DNA of 64,000 bases from an uncultured virus (IMG/VR IMGVR_UViG_2684622643_000005). Taxonomy: Duplodnaviria > Heunggongvirae > Uroviricota > Caudoviricetes. The translations under genes were made by a program, and so were the position numbers. The DNA is taken from positions 1 to 64,000 of the IMG/VR virus record IMGVR_UViG_2684622643_000005; one strand, written 5' to 3'. The notes below the pieces were generated by a model. The model was not told the origin of the DNA, did not search any database, and saw only the letters and a program-made list of their open reading frames with translations. Positions 19,105 to 27,616 of this stretch are shown here, one piece after another (within the stretch, counting starts at the first letter, position 1; every line of letters begins with the position of its first letter).

Positions 19105-19434
19105 TTACCGACCAAATCTTGCAGGGGATGGAGAGGAACCTGCCATGCTATACCCTGTAACCTTTCCATCTGGACCAAGAATTACCGAAAGCCCCTGGGT
19201 TTCGGTGCCAGCCCCCATAAACCCAACATAGGCATACCCCCAGGTAAGTACACGGCTCCCATCTGAATTGTATTGTTCCGCCATGGGCTTGCCAAAAATC
19301 GAAATCAACTGATCCTGAGTTGTTTGTCCCTGCACAATTCTATCCACCTGCTCCTGCGTAATCTCTTTTCCACTAGAGGCGCATCCACTTAAAACAGCAG
19401 TTAGAACTATTGAAGCAACCAATATCTTACGCAT
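19105..19434 (-). CDS. SmpA/BamE-like lipoprotein (moron)
   Basis: Lipobox LSGC, GQTTQDQLISIFGKP motif; low GC. Confidence 0.75.
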   Translation of the reverse strand: MRKILVASIVLTAVLSGCASSGKEITQEQVDRIVQGQTTQDQLISIFGKPMAEQYNSDGSRVLTWGYAYVGFMGAGTETQGLSVILGPDGKVTGYSMAGSSPSPARFGR

Positions 19435-19531
19435 TAACAACCCTCCCGGTGGTGATCGCTCGGAATCTAGCACGGAGCCAGCATCCTGGCCAACCGGAGC
19501 GCCAGCACAGGAACCCAGCATCCTTGCCAGG

Positions 19532-19830
19532 TCAAACCCATGCGGCCATGGCTTGCTCGAGCGAGATACCCACCGGCTCTACCGGCCCCCGAACATGGGG
19601 ACGGAAGTCGTCGGGTTCGCACTTCACACCCCCTACCTTGGCCTGAATCGCGGCTAACTGAGCCAGCACCCACTCCAGGCGATAGCTCCCGTTGAGGGAG
19701 CCACGCTTTTTCAGGTAGGCAACCCACGCCCTGTACTCATCGTAGTCGATGCGCTCCTTCGCCTCGCGAATGGTGCAACCGCCGATGCCGTTCAGCACGA
19801 GTTCATGCCAAACCTCATCGGCGGGCGTCA
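19532..19830 (-). CDS. Tail assembly chaperone, frameshift (GT-like) extension
   Basis: -1 frame open from the slippery A AAA AAC at the end of the upstream chaperone. Confidence 0.75.
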
Positions 19831-20178
19831 GTTTTTTTCGTCACCCGGCGCAGTGCCATTGACCTCCGCGACAGCCTGCAAGAGCAGGAAGCCCAACGCA
19901 GGGTCGAGGTTGAACGCAGTTTCGTAGGGAATCTCCTCTTCACCACCCTCACCCAGTCTTACGCTCTCGGCCAGGTAGCGCGCATTCTGGCTCTTCTTGT
20001 CGTCGTCTTGGGCGAACAGGCGTTCCATGGCGCCGAAACTGCTGCGCTTGATGAATACATCGAAGGTGTCCGTGACCGCCTTTTTCTTACCCGGCGGAGT
20101 GTGCGTCCAGGTGATGCTTTTCTTCACCAGTCCATCGCCCAGGACCGCGCCAGCGGCCACCAGATCGGCTAGTTTCAT
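19828..20178 (-). CDS. Tail assembly chaperone (G-like)
   Basis: Between tail tube and tape measure genes; ends GAA AAA AAC TGA. Confidence 0.85.
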   Translation of the reverse strand: MKLADLVAAGAVLGDGLVKKSITWTHTPPGKKKAVTDTFDVFIKRSSFGAMERLFAQDDDKKSQNARYLAESVRLGEGGEEEIPYETAFNLDPALGFLLLQAVAEVNGTAPGDEKN

Positions 20179-20187
20179 GTCTGCTCC

Positions 20188-20691
20188 TTACGCGGTTTTC
20201 GGAATCCACTGCCCTGCGCCAGAGCGCTGGATCGTGGCCTGGGTGGCGACCAGGGTGTTGGCTGCAAAATCGAACGGGAAGTCGCTGACGTAACCACGGA
20301 AAACGAACCATGTACGCGTCGGCGGAAGATCAAAGTCCCAGTCTCCATTGCTGTCTTGGTCTGCGGACGGGCTTACACCGACACCATCTGACCAGCCGAC
20401 AGCAAAGACAATATCCTGGTCACTGTCATCCTCTGAGAGCTGAAAGAGCCGAACATGGCTCGCATTCCGCGGATCTGCATTCAGTCCGAGAGTGGCTTGA
20501 CCAGGGGTACGCATGCCCTTCTTGTATTTGCGCGAGGTCTCGCTCAAGCACGGGTCCTCGATCTGATCCGCCGGGTTTCCTCCGGGGTTGAAGGAGGTTG
20601 CGCACTCGATCTCCATCACCGTAAAAGGACCAGATCCAGAGCGGGGCGGAACAAGGGCATAGACCTGAGTTCCTTGGGTAAGCATCGACAT
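20188..20691 (-). CDS. Major tail tube protein
   Basis: Gene position; [28 protein letters not shown]. Confidence 0.88.
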   Translation of the reverse strand: MSMLTQGTQVYALVPPRSGSGPFTVMEIECATSFNPGGNPADQIEDPCLSETSRKYKKGMRTPGQATLGLNADPRNASHVRLFQLSEDDSDQDIVFAVGWSDGVGVSPSADQDSNGDWDFDLPPTRTWFVFRGYVSDFPFDFAANTLVATQATIQRSGAGQWIPKTA

Positions 20692-20754
20692 AACGTCTTC
20701 TCCTGTAGCAGGCAATAAAAACCCGCGCGGTGGCGGGCTGATTGGTTTAGGTGT

Positions 20755-21123
20755 CTATCGCTGGACTATCCAGTCGATGTCAAAGCTGACTCGGTAGGTC
20801 TTGGTATCAGGATCAACAGATTCCCCTCCCCAGCGGACTACATAGGCTGAAAGCTCAATTGCATCCCTGATGGCCTTTGCTGCATCTCTGGCTTCCGCAG
20901 CGGTGGCTGAGAAAATGTCCACCTGGAGGGTGAACCCATCGGCGTCAGGGCGCCCCCATAGGTAGTTCTCCGGCGATCCAGATATGGTCTGCCATGTTGC
21001 GTACGGCTTGACGACGAGCTGGGGGGCCAGGCCAAACTGATACATCCTCAGCGGGGACGCACCGAGAATCGCGGTAACAGCGGGACTACTTGAGCAGACC
21101 TTAAAGATTGGCGGATGCATCAC
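20755..21123 (-). CDS. Tail terminator protein
   Basis: Position; PYATWQTISGSPENYL, LQVDIFS. Confidence 0.82.
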   Translation of the reverse strand: MMHPPIFKVCSSSPAVTAILGASPLRMYQFGLAPQLVVKPYATWQTISGSPENYLWGRPDADGFTLQVDIFSATAAEARDAAKAIRDAIELSAYVVRWGGESVDPDTKTYRVSFDIDWIVQR

Positions 21124-21593
21124 CTCCCCCTTAGAGCCTTGTCTATTTCGCCATCAAGCTCGGATATGAATTTTTCAGTAACGGGCTCAATGTTTTGAGA
21201 CAGAGCAGGCCGCATGAATGGCTTCGCCGGCGAGTACTTGGTGCCGAACTCCAGATAGCGCCAGTGCCTGGTGTCGCCACCAGGATTTCCGCTTGCATCC
21301 TTGCTGTACTGGTTTCGACCAGCGCCGCCGCGCACTCCAACCTTCATCACCACCCCCCCTTCACGCCGCCCCTGCTTGGCGGACTCTTGAGTGATGATGT
21401 TCTTCCAGATTTTCTCTGGTGTTTCGGGATCATCGACAAGTCGCGCCTTTTCTCGTGCGGCATCCCTGACAATGTTCATCGCCCTGCGGGCTGCTTTTCT
21501 CAGGCCGTTCTTTTGGAGGCGCGGGCCAAGAGTTCTGAGTTTCTCGAGCACGCCTTCAAGCCCGGTGATGCTGAACTCAACGCCGTCAGCCAT
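21120..21593 (-). CDS. HK97 gp10-like tail completion protein
   Basis: YLEFGT...PAKPFMRPAL. Confidence 0.88.
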   Translation of the reverse strand: MADGVEFSITGLEGVLEKLRTLGPRLQKNGLRKAARRAMNIVRDAAREKARLVDDPETPEKIWKNIITQESAKQGRREGGVVMKVGVRGGAGRNQYSKDASGNPGGDTRHWRYLEFGTKYSPAKPFMRPALSQNIEPVTEKFISELDGEIDKALRGR

Positions 21594-22203
21594 GGACTCT
21601 CCGGAACGCAAAGCTGGTGATGCCTTCTCGGCCAAGTTTCGACTCCTGGTCGTTTAGCTCGACACATTCGAAACCTTGACGCTCGCACCATCCGATCAAA
21701 CCGTGCATCGTGTGGTACCAGATATGCTCACCCGGCTTGTAGTGCTTGGAGGACAGGCAGTCAGCCTGATCCTTATAAATCGGCATCGACACGAACAGCC
21801 ACTCGCCAACATGGTCGAGCAGCTTCTCCGGCTCGGGAATGTGCTCCAGGCTGTCCCAGCAGGTCACGGCCTCTGCGTGGTGCTGGTACGGGTCGTAGTA
21901 GCGCTCCTGCGCCCTCAGCCAAGCCACCGCTTCCTGATTCACGTCAAAGCCCATCGCGCCGGACTCTGTGACGAAACGGCCTCCGCCGATACCGATGTCT
22001 ACCACTTGGCCGGTAAAGTGACGGCGCACCAGATCAATACGGGCCTGGGTCAGCGCGGCGCCCATCGGGGTAGCGTCAAGCACCTGATACTTCTCGAAAT
22101 ACGGCCCGCTATAATCCATCGGCGGGCGCGGGTGGAAGCCCATGCCAAGTTCTTCAGACCAGAGCAGGCAGTCGGTCAGCCCAGGCGGCAAAGCGTGCGT
22201 CAT
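21586..22203 (-). CDS. Class I SAM-dependent methyltransferase
   Basis: VVDIGIGGG motif I, GFDVN, WDSLEHIPEP. Confidence 0.8.
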   Translation of the reverse strand: MTHALPPGLTDCLLWSEELGMGFHPRPPMDYSGPYFEKYQVLDATPMGAALTQARIDLVRRHFTGQVVDIGIGGGRFVTESGAMGFDVNQEAVAWLRAQERYYDPYQHHAEAVTCWDSLEHIPEPEKLLDHVGEWLFVSMPIYKDQADCLSSKHYKPGEHIWYHTMHGLIGWCERQGFECVELNDQESKLGREGITSFAFRRVHG

Positions 22204-22981
22204 GATCGGCGATCCTTTTGTCACAAGTGTGCTGTTTCATGGTGCAGCGGCAGAACCTGTCAGGAACCGCGAAGGTGATGCGGGACAGGTCCATGCATTT
22301 GTCGGTGATGTGCTCCGGCGAGTTGTATCCGCCCTGGCCGCCACAGATGATCCAGGACGGCACCCTGGCGGCAATGCTGGCCGGAACGATCCAGCCGATG
22401 CCGCCAATCACGGCATCTGCGTGCTGGAGCAGCGCCAGCAGTTGTTCAACCGGCAGTTCGCCCTTGTGGAACTGGATGTCTGCCGGCGGGAGTGGATCGA
22501 TGGCCCATTCCTTGCCCGGCTCCAAGTCCGCAACGGAAACCACTTTCCAGCCCCTGCGGCGCATCTCTGAGGCAGCGCTGGCGATGTACTCAGGCAGTGG
22601 GTTGCGCGTGTCTGCGCGCCACTCAGCGCGAACCGTTGCAGGCCGTACCAGCACATACCGGCCCTCAACCGGCGAAGGCCTGAAGTCCGGCAGGTCGAAC
22701 TCGCCGGGTTCGCAGCGGAACGCCTTGCGCAGGCCTTGGATGATCGGATCGCGTCCGTAGGCAATCCGCAGTTGTCCGCCGCCGACAGGGCGGTGCCAGT
22801 CGTGGTGGCGTTGGAGGTTCTTGGCCTGGGTCCTGAGCTGCGTAGTCGGGCGGACGCATTTCACGTCGAGGTCGCGATAAAGCTCCGGCCAGGGCGTCTC
22901 TAGGAATGCGCCTGGGTAATTCTTCACGAAGGCCCTGGCGAAGATGTTGTCACCCAAGCCGAGCATTCCACGGATCAGCAC
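22154..22981 (-). CDS. GT-B glycosyltransferase, GT9 (heptosyltransferase)-like
   Basis: GLGD N-terminal motif, LLALLQHADAVIG, late CxC-x5-C. Confidence 0.7.
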   Translation of the reverse strand: MLIRGMLGLGDNIFARAFVKNYPGAFLETPWPELYRDLDVKCVRPTTQLRTQAKNLQRHHDWHRPVGGGQLRIAYGRDPIIQGLRKAFRCEPGEFDLPDFRPSPVEGRYVLVRPATVRAEWRADTRNPLPEYIASAASEMRRRGWKVVSVADLEPGKEWAIDPLPPADIQFHKGELPVEQLLALLQHADAVIGGIGWIVPASIAARVPSWIICGGQGGYNSPEHITDKCMDLSRITFAVPDRFCRCTMKQHTCDKRIADHDARFAAWADRLPALV

Positions 22982-22984
22982 AGA

Positions 22985-23344
22985 TTAGCCGGCCAGCTTG
23001 CTACGCAGTTCGTAGCCCATCAGCGGCCAGATTTTGGTAACGGCGTTCTGGCGCGCGATCTTGCGGCCCAGCTCGGCGTCGAAGTTCTCTGGACTGGCGC
23101 AGGCCGACTCGCCCGTGACGGTGAAACCGTTGCGCAGCACCAGGACGCAGAACGTCAGCAGGCCGAGCGATCCATGTACGCCCGCGACCACGGCGTCAGG
23201 ATTGCAGTCAGGACGATGGCTCACGCCATCATCTGCGGTGAAATAGTACTCGCCAGCTATGTTCGCCTCGATGTCCGCCGGAGTGATGCGCGGGGCGTTC
23301 AGGCCCTTGGCCTGGATTTCTTGCTCGATTGCTTGGTCGGTCAT
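22985..23344 (-). CDS. Phage N4 Gp49/Sf6 gp66-family protein
   Basis: LTFCVLVLRNGFTVTGESACASPENFDAELGRKIA. Confidence 0.8.
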   Translation of the reverse strand: MTDQAIEQEIQAKGLNAPRITPADIEANIAGEYYFTADDGVSHRPDCNPDAVVAGVHGSLGLLTFCVLVLRNGFTVTGESACASPENFDAELGRKIARQNAVTKIWPLMGYELRSKLAG

Positions 23345-23361
23345 TTCATGATCTCCAGAAA

Positions 23362-23392
23362 CGACGAAGCCCGCACTTGGCGGGCTTTTCGT
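23362..23392. terminator. Intrinsic terminator-like hairpin
   Basis: GAAGCCCGC-ACTTG-GCGGGCTTTTC. Confidence 0.6.
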
Positions 23393-23428
23393 TGGGTGGT
23401 TCGGGTTAGGCAGCGTCGAGCCCGAGAG

Positions 23429-24001
23429 TCAGTTGCAGTTGGCCGCGCCAGTGCTCGACTTACCGAGCATATTTCTGACGACTTCGTTCAGCTCGCCAGG
23501 CGGCGTGGTTTCCACGACCTGGAGAAGCTCGGCAGCCCTTGCGTGCATTCCCGTTTCCTTAGCTCGGTTTATTGCCAGATGAATCATCGCGGCGTACATC
23601 CCTGATGATCTGGCGCATGAATCAAAAAATGCATCGGTAGCCTCTGGCTTTGGCTGCTTCTCCTTGGCCATATCAGCCGACTCGGCGAGAACCGACTTGA
23701 CGAGGCCAAGGTCGAGCACAGAAAACACCTCAGGCTCATGCTGCTGGGTTAGCCCAGCGAATCGCTTGAGGGCGATCTTCTCAGCATCAGCAAGGCACGT
23801 GTTTACGGGCTGAACTACTAGATTGACAGCAACCGATCTCAGCAACCCGTGAGCTGAAAGAGCTTCCAGTCGCGACTTCATGTTCTGAGTTTTCCCCACC
23901 TTCATCAGTCCGTGGCTGAAGGTCAGGCAGTAAAGCACTGACTGGCCCGCATAACGGCCTGCAATTTCTTGCAGAAGACTCCATCTGCTTGTATCGCGCA
24001 T
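23429..24001 (-). CDS. Hypothetical protein with GIY-YIG/T5orf172-like N-terminus
   Basis: LYCL...MKVGKTQNMKSRL; GAGG RBS. Confidence 0.55.
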   Translation of the reverse strand: MRDTSRWSLLQEIAGRYAGQSVLYCLTFSHGLMKVGKTQNMKSRLEALSAHGLLRSVAVNLVVQPVNTCLADAEKIALKRFAGLTQQHEPEVFSVLDLGLVKSVLAESADMAKEKQPKPEATDAFFDSCARSSGMYAAMIHLAINRAKETGMHARAAELLQVVETTPPGELNEVVRNMLGKSSTGAANCN

Positions 24002-24117
24002 CTGACTTACCTCGCTCATCAGGCGAATAGAAACGCAGCCGGGACAACGGATGAGCGGACGCTGTCGTTCGAGAGCGACTCTAGGCTGCGTGTTAGGTGC
24101 CCACGCGGGCGAAATCG

Positions 24118-24474
24118 TTACTGGCCGTCGGTTAGGCCGTCGGAACAGCGCAGCCGCCACTCACGGCGAGCGGTGACATCGGTCTCTGCGCTGGTGATGT
24201 TGTAGACTCGGCCATCCCAGATGACACGCCAGGTGTAGAGTTCCAACCGCTCAACGGGGAACCATCGACAATTGATCCTGGCAGTGGTCTCCGCCTGCGT
24301 AGCATCGGCAGCGATCAGCTCGCGACCTGGGCCAGTCAGAACCTCGGCGGGAAGGTCGGCGCGACCGGAGAACAGAACGGTCTCCCAGGTCGTCACCATT
24401 TCCCCCGTATCAGGGTCTTGTGTTTGTACCTGCCGCTGAAACTGAATGCGATGGCGCATACGGTAGGCCAGCAT
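24118..24474 (-). CDS. Head closure / head-tail adaptor
   Basis: RMRHRIQFQR, RVIWDGRVYNI; position. Confidence 0.88.
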   Translation of the reverse strand: MLAYRMRHRIQFQRQVQTQDPDTGEMVTTWETVLFSGRADLPAEVLTGPGRELIAADATQAETTARINCRWFPVERLELYTWRVIWDGRVYNITSAETDVTARREWRLRCSDGLTDGQ

Positions 24475-24795
24475 TCAAACCCCCAAGCCGCATCGGTACG
24501 GCATCAGCTTCACCTCGGCCGCCTTACGCAGCGTCGCGATTTCATCGGGAGCAGCCTGATAGCTGGCCTGAAGCAAAAGAAGCACTCCGATGACCACGCT
24601 AGGCGGAAGTCCCGGTTCGCTACTGACAGCCTCACTGCTCTCTTCGCAGTTGCAAAGGCCATCAAGGGACTGGCGCCACATGAACTGGCAGGCCTCGTCC
24701 TCCGCTCCATCCAGCAGCAACTGGAGCTTGGCGTCATCCCAATCGTGGATCACATCAAGAAAGGACTTTGCCGTATCAAGCGGGATCAGGCTCAT
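24475..24795 (-). CDS. Head-tail connector (HK97 gp6-like)
   Basis: LDTAKSFLDV...DDAKL, LMPYR; position. Confidence 0.88.
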   Translation of the reverse strand: MSLIPLDTAKSFLDVIHDWDDAKLQLLLDGAEDEACQFMWRQSLDGLCNCEESSEAVSSEPGLPPSVVIGVLLLLQASYQAAPDEIATLRKAAEVKLMPYRCGLGV

Positions 24796-25372
24796 TCAGC
24801 GCGTCCTCCAGCGGTCTACGCGCGAAACAGGTAAGCGCCGTTTCGCGTGTGCAATTGATGATTTCTATCCCAGGGTTCTTGCGCTTCAGGTTTTCGAACT
24901 CTACCGGCCACTCGGATATCTTCCCTGCACTACCCAGCCCTCTGGGGTGATCACCATGCCAGTGAGACATCCCGCCAGTTTTCTGCATGTCGTAGCCGAG
25001 AAGGATGATTCGCTTGGCGCCCCTGGCTATGGCCAAAGAAACTGCGCCGCCGCCTGAGTTCCTGTAGTGCTCAATGCGTGCCGTTTTGATGCCGAAGGGA
25101 TTGGCGCTGAGTGTCAGAAGCTCACCGCAGAAGTTTGCTTTAGCCTCGGCGGCGTATCTCTCCCACCAGACTTTATCCATTGCCCACAGCGCATCAGCCC
25201 AGGGAGTCAGTCGGAACGTTGTGTTCGTGCAGATGGCCGCCCTCTGCGGCGAGGAGTTCCGCCACTCTCGGACTCGTTCGCAGTCTTCTGCTGTGAGGCT
25301 GGGGCCACTTGCGAGGCAGACAGCGACTCGCCAGCCACAGGCTTTGGGATCTCTGATTCCACAATCTGGCAA
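24776..25372 (-). CDS. Sialyltransferase/Maf-like (GT29/GT42-fold) glycosyltransferase; no good start, probably expressed by frameshift
   Basis: CLASGPSL, ICTN, NSGGGAVSLA..GAKRIILLGYD, HWH, IINCT..TALTCF. Confidence 0.65.
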   Translation of the reverse strand: MPDCGIRDPKACGWRVAVCLASGPSLTAEDCERVREWRNSSPQRAAICTNTTFRLTPWADALWAMDKVWWERYAAEAKANFCGELLTLSANPFGIKTARIEHYRNSGGGAVSLAIARGAKRIILLGYDMQKTGGMSHWHGDHPRGLGSAGKISEWPVEFENLKRKNPGIEIINCTRETALTCFARRPLEDALNEPDPA

Positions 25373-25494
25373 AGTCCGCGCGCCACCAACTGGCGAGCCA
25401 GGTACTCGGATGCGAGGTATGCATCACCACCAGCCTTTCTCACACGACCGCCATCCAGGTAGGAACGAACCGGCTTGATCATTACGTCAGACAT
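25207..25494 (-). CDS. Small capsid-adjacent protein
   Basis: GAGGTG RBS; directly after the major capsid gene; basic low-complexity tail. Confidence 0.7.
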   Translation of the reverse strand: MSDVMIKPVRSYLDGGRVRKAGGDAYLASEYLARQLVARGLCQIVESEIPKPVAGESLSASQVAPASQQKTANESESGGTPRRRGRPSARTQRSD

Positions 25495-25538
25495 AATCAC
25501 CTCAAAGAAAGAGGGGCCGGGAGACCGGCCCCTTCCAG

Positions 25539-26726
25539 TCAGCTGGCGGTCAGCGAACCAGTGACAAACGCCTCAGGCCGATAGACCGCGAAGGCCAGTC
25601 GCTCTTCAGCGCGGATGGTTACCATGTTTTTCTCGAAGTCCTTGTCGTTCTCGGTGGAGACCAGAACCTCGATATCCATGCGGTCGAAGATCTGGGCGCC
25701 GAGCGAGAATGCCCCGGTCAAGAACTCGTCCTGAGTGATGGCCTGGGTTTCCACCACCGGCAGACGCCAGAGGGTCGGAGTGGTGCCGTTCTGCGGGCTG
25801 CCGATGATGTAGCGGTTCTCGGCGTCCTTGGTCAGCTCGATCAGCGCCCAGTCGATGGGGTTGAGCACGATACCGCTGGCCGGGAACTCGGCCAGTTGCG
25901 CCTGAAGGATCGCCAGGCGGATGCGGTCGATTCGCTGCTCGGCAGTCACCACTACGCCGCTCGGCGGAGCGTAGGCCTGTGCCTGCGGAATGATGCCGTG
26001 CAGATTGGCACCGGTTCCGTTTCCGTAGAGCAGTTGACCTTCTTCGACCAACATCAGGCCGTAACGAGCGCGCGCATCGATGTAGCTCTGCAAGGCCGAT
26101 GCGTCGTCCAGGATCTGGCGACTTGCCTTGAACAAGTGGGCGATGGTGCGAACCGGCGCGTTTTCCAGCTCGAAGGTCAGGTCCGAGTACGGCTTCTGGG
26201 TGCCTTCCGAAACAGGAGCGGCATTGTTGACGAAGCCGGTCTCGCGAACGTACTCGACGGAGTTCGATTCAGTGGTGCCCGGCGCAACCAGGTCGCGGAT
26301 GGTCAGTCGACGCTGCGGAGCGGCAACGACACCGGGGCGACGATCAGGAGCAACCAGGGCACCGCCAGAGCTGTCGATGGAGGTGATGGCCGAGCGCGGC
26401 ATGGATACGCGATGCGAACCGCGCAGGGAGCTGGTTACACCCTGCTCTTTCAGGCTCTCTGCGACCATTTGGCCGGCGGTCTTCGGTGCTTCCTCGCCGC
26501 CGTCACGCTTCTCGTTGGCCAGCATGGCTTGTTCTGCGGCGCTCAGCCGTGCTTGCAGTTCGCCCTGAGCGGTCAGCAGTTCGTCGACCTTGGCTCGGGT
26601 TTCCTTGTTCATCTCGCCGAAGTTGGCGATTTGGGTGTTGACCTGTTCGGCCTGGGCCTTGATCTGATCGCCGACCTGCTTGAGGCTGGTGTTCAGTTCG
26701 CCGATTTGTTTCTCGAAGTCGCTCAT
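25539..26726 (-). CDS. Major capsid protein, HK97 fold
   Basis: Coiled-coil delta domain, GGALVAP, QLLYGNG, IRAEERLA. Confidence 0.96.
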   Translation of the reverse strand: MSDFEKQIGELNTSLKQVGDQIKAQAEQVNTQIANFGEMNKETRAKVDELLTAQGELQARLSAAEQAMLANEKRDGGEEAPKTAGQMVAESLKEQGVTSSLRGSHRVSMPRSAITSIDSSGGALVAPDRRPGVVAAPQRRLTIRDLVAPGTTESNSVEYVRETGFVNNAAPVSEGTQKPYSDLTFELENAPVRTIAHLFKASRQILDDASALQSYIDARARYGLMLVEEGQLLYGNGTGANLHGIIPQAQAYAPPSGVVVTAEQRIDRIRLAILQAQLAEFPASGIVLNPIDWALIELTKDAENRYIIGSPQNGTTPTLWRLPVVETQAITQDEFLTGAFSLGAQIFDRMDIEVLVSTENDKDFEKNMVTIRAEERLAFAVYRPEAFVTGSLTAS

Positions 26727-27613
26727 TGCGATTCTCCTTGGAGGAATTTAGTGATGTCTTGTGCTGCCCGTAGTGCAGCGGAGAGGTCAGGAGCGACAGC
26801 GCCAGGCATATCGGTCGGGGTGTCACCACCCCCGCCAGCAGCGCCAAGCATGCTGGTCTTGAAGTCATTGATGAGTTCATTGCGCTGGCTTCGCGGCATG
26901 CCGCTGCGAGCCAGAGCGGCATCCATCCGGCGCTTGGCCAAGATGGCTTCACTGCGGTTGCTCGGCGCACTGGAGATCTCGTCGGATTCCAGGAAGGCAT
27001 CTGCCCACCCCTTGTCGACGGCTTCGCGCCCGCCGATCCAGGTCTCGGCGTCCATCTGCTTCACGATGTCGTCGATATCGATGCCGGTGCGCTGCGCGTA
27101 AATGTCAGCCAGCGTCATGTCGAATGGCTCCAGCCAGTCGGCGATCTCACGCAGGTCGTTCCGATTGCCCATGGCGATCAGCCAGGCGTTGTGGATCATC
27201 AGGAAGGCGGCGCGGCCAATGCGGATTTCATCCCCTGCCATGGCGATAAAGGAGGCGGCAGAGGCAGCCAATCCGATGATGTTCACCGAGACCTTGCCCT
27301 TGTGCTCGCGCAGCAGGTTGTAAATCGCCAGCCCCTCGAACACGTCGCCGCCCGGACTATTGATATTCACGGTCACATCGACATCGCCGCCGATGGCGCG
27401 CAGCGCACCGGCAATGCGTTTCGCGGTTACGCCCTCGCCGGTCCACCAGTCATAACCGATGGGCTCGTAGATGGTGATGGTGGTGTCGGGGTTATCGCCG
27501 GACGCGGCGCGAAGCTCAGGACGCCATGCATCCAGCGCTTTTGGCGCCAGGTCGCACTGGACGCCCGAGCGCGGGCGAGCCTCCGGCGCTGCCGGAAGAT
27601 TTCGCAGAGTCAT
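26723..27613 (-). CDS. ClpP-like prohead protease
   Basis: INSPGGDV, GLAASAAS, MIHNAW. Confidence 0.93.
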   Translation of the reverse strand: MTLRNLPAAPEARPRSGVQCDLAPKALDAWRPELRAASGDNPDTTITIYEPIGYDWWTGEGVTAKRIAGALRAIGGDVDVTVNINSPGGDVFEGLAIYNLLREHKGKVSVNIIGLAASAASFIAMAGDEIRIGRAAFLMIHNAWLIAMGNRNDLREIADWLEPFDMTLADIYAQRTGIDIDDIVKQMDAETWIGGREAVDKGWADAFLESDEISSAPSNRSEAILAKRRMDAALARSGMPRSQRNELINDFKTSMLGAAGGGGDTPTDMPGAVAPDLSAALRAAQDITKFLQGESQ

Positions 27614-27616
27614 GGG

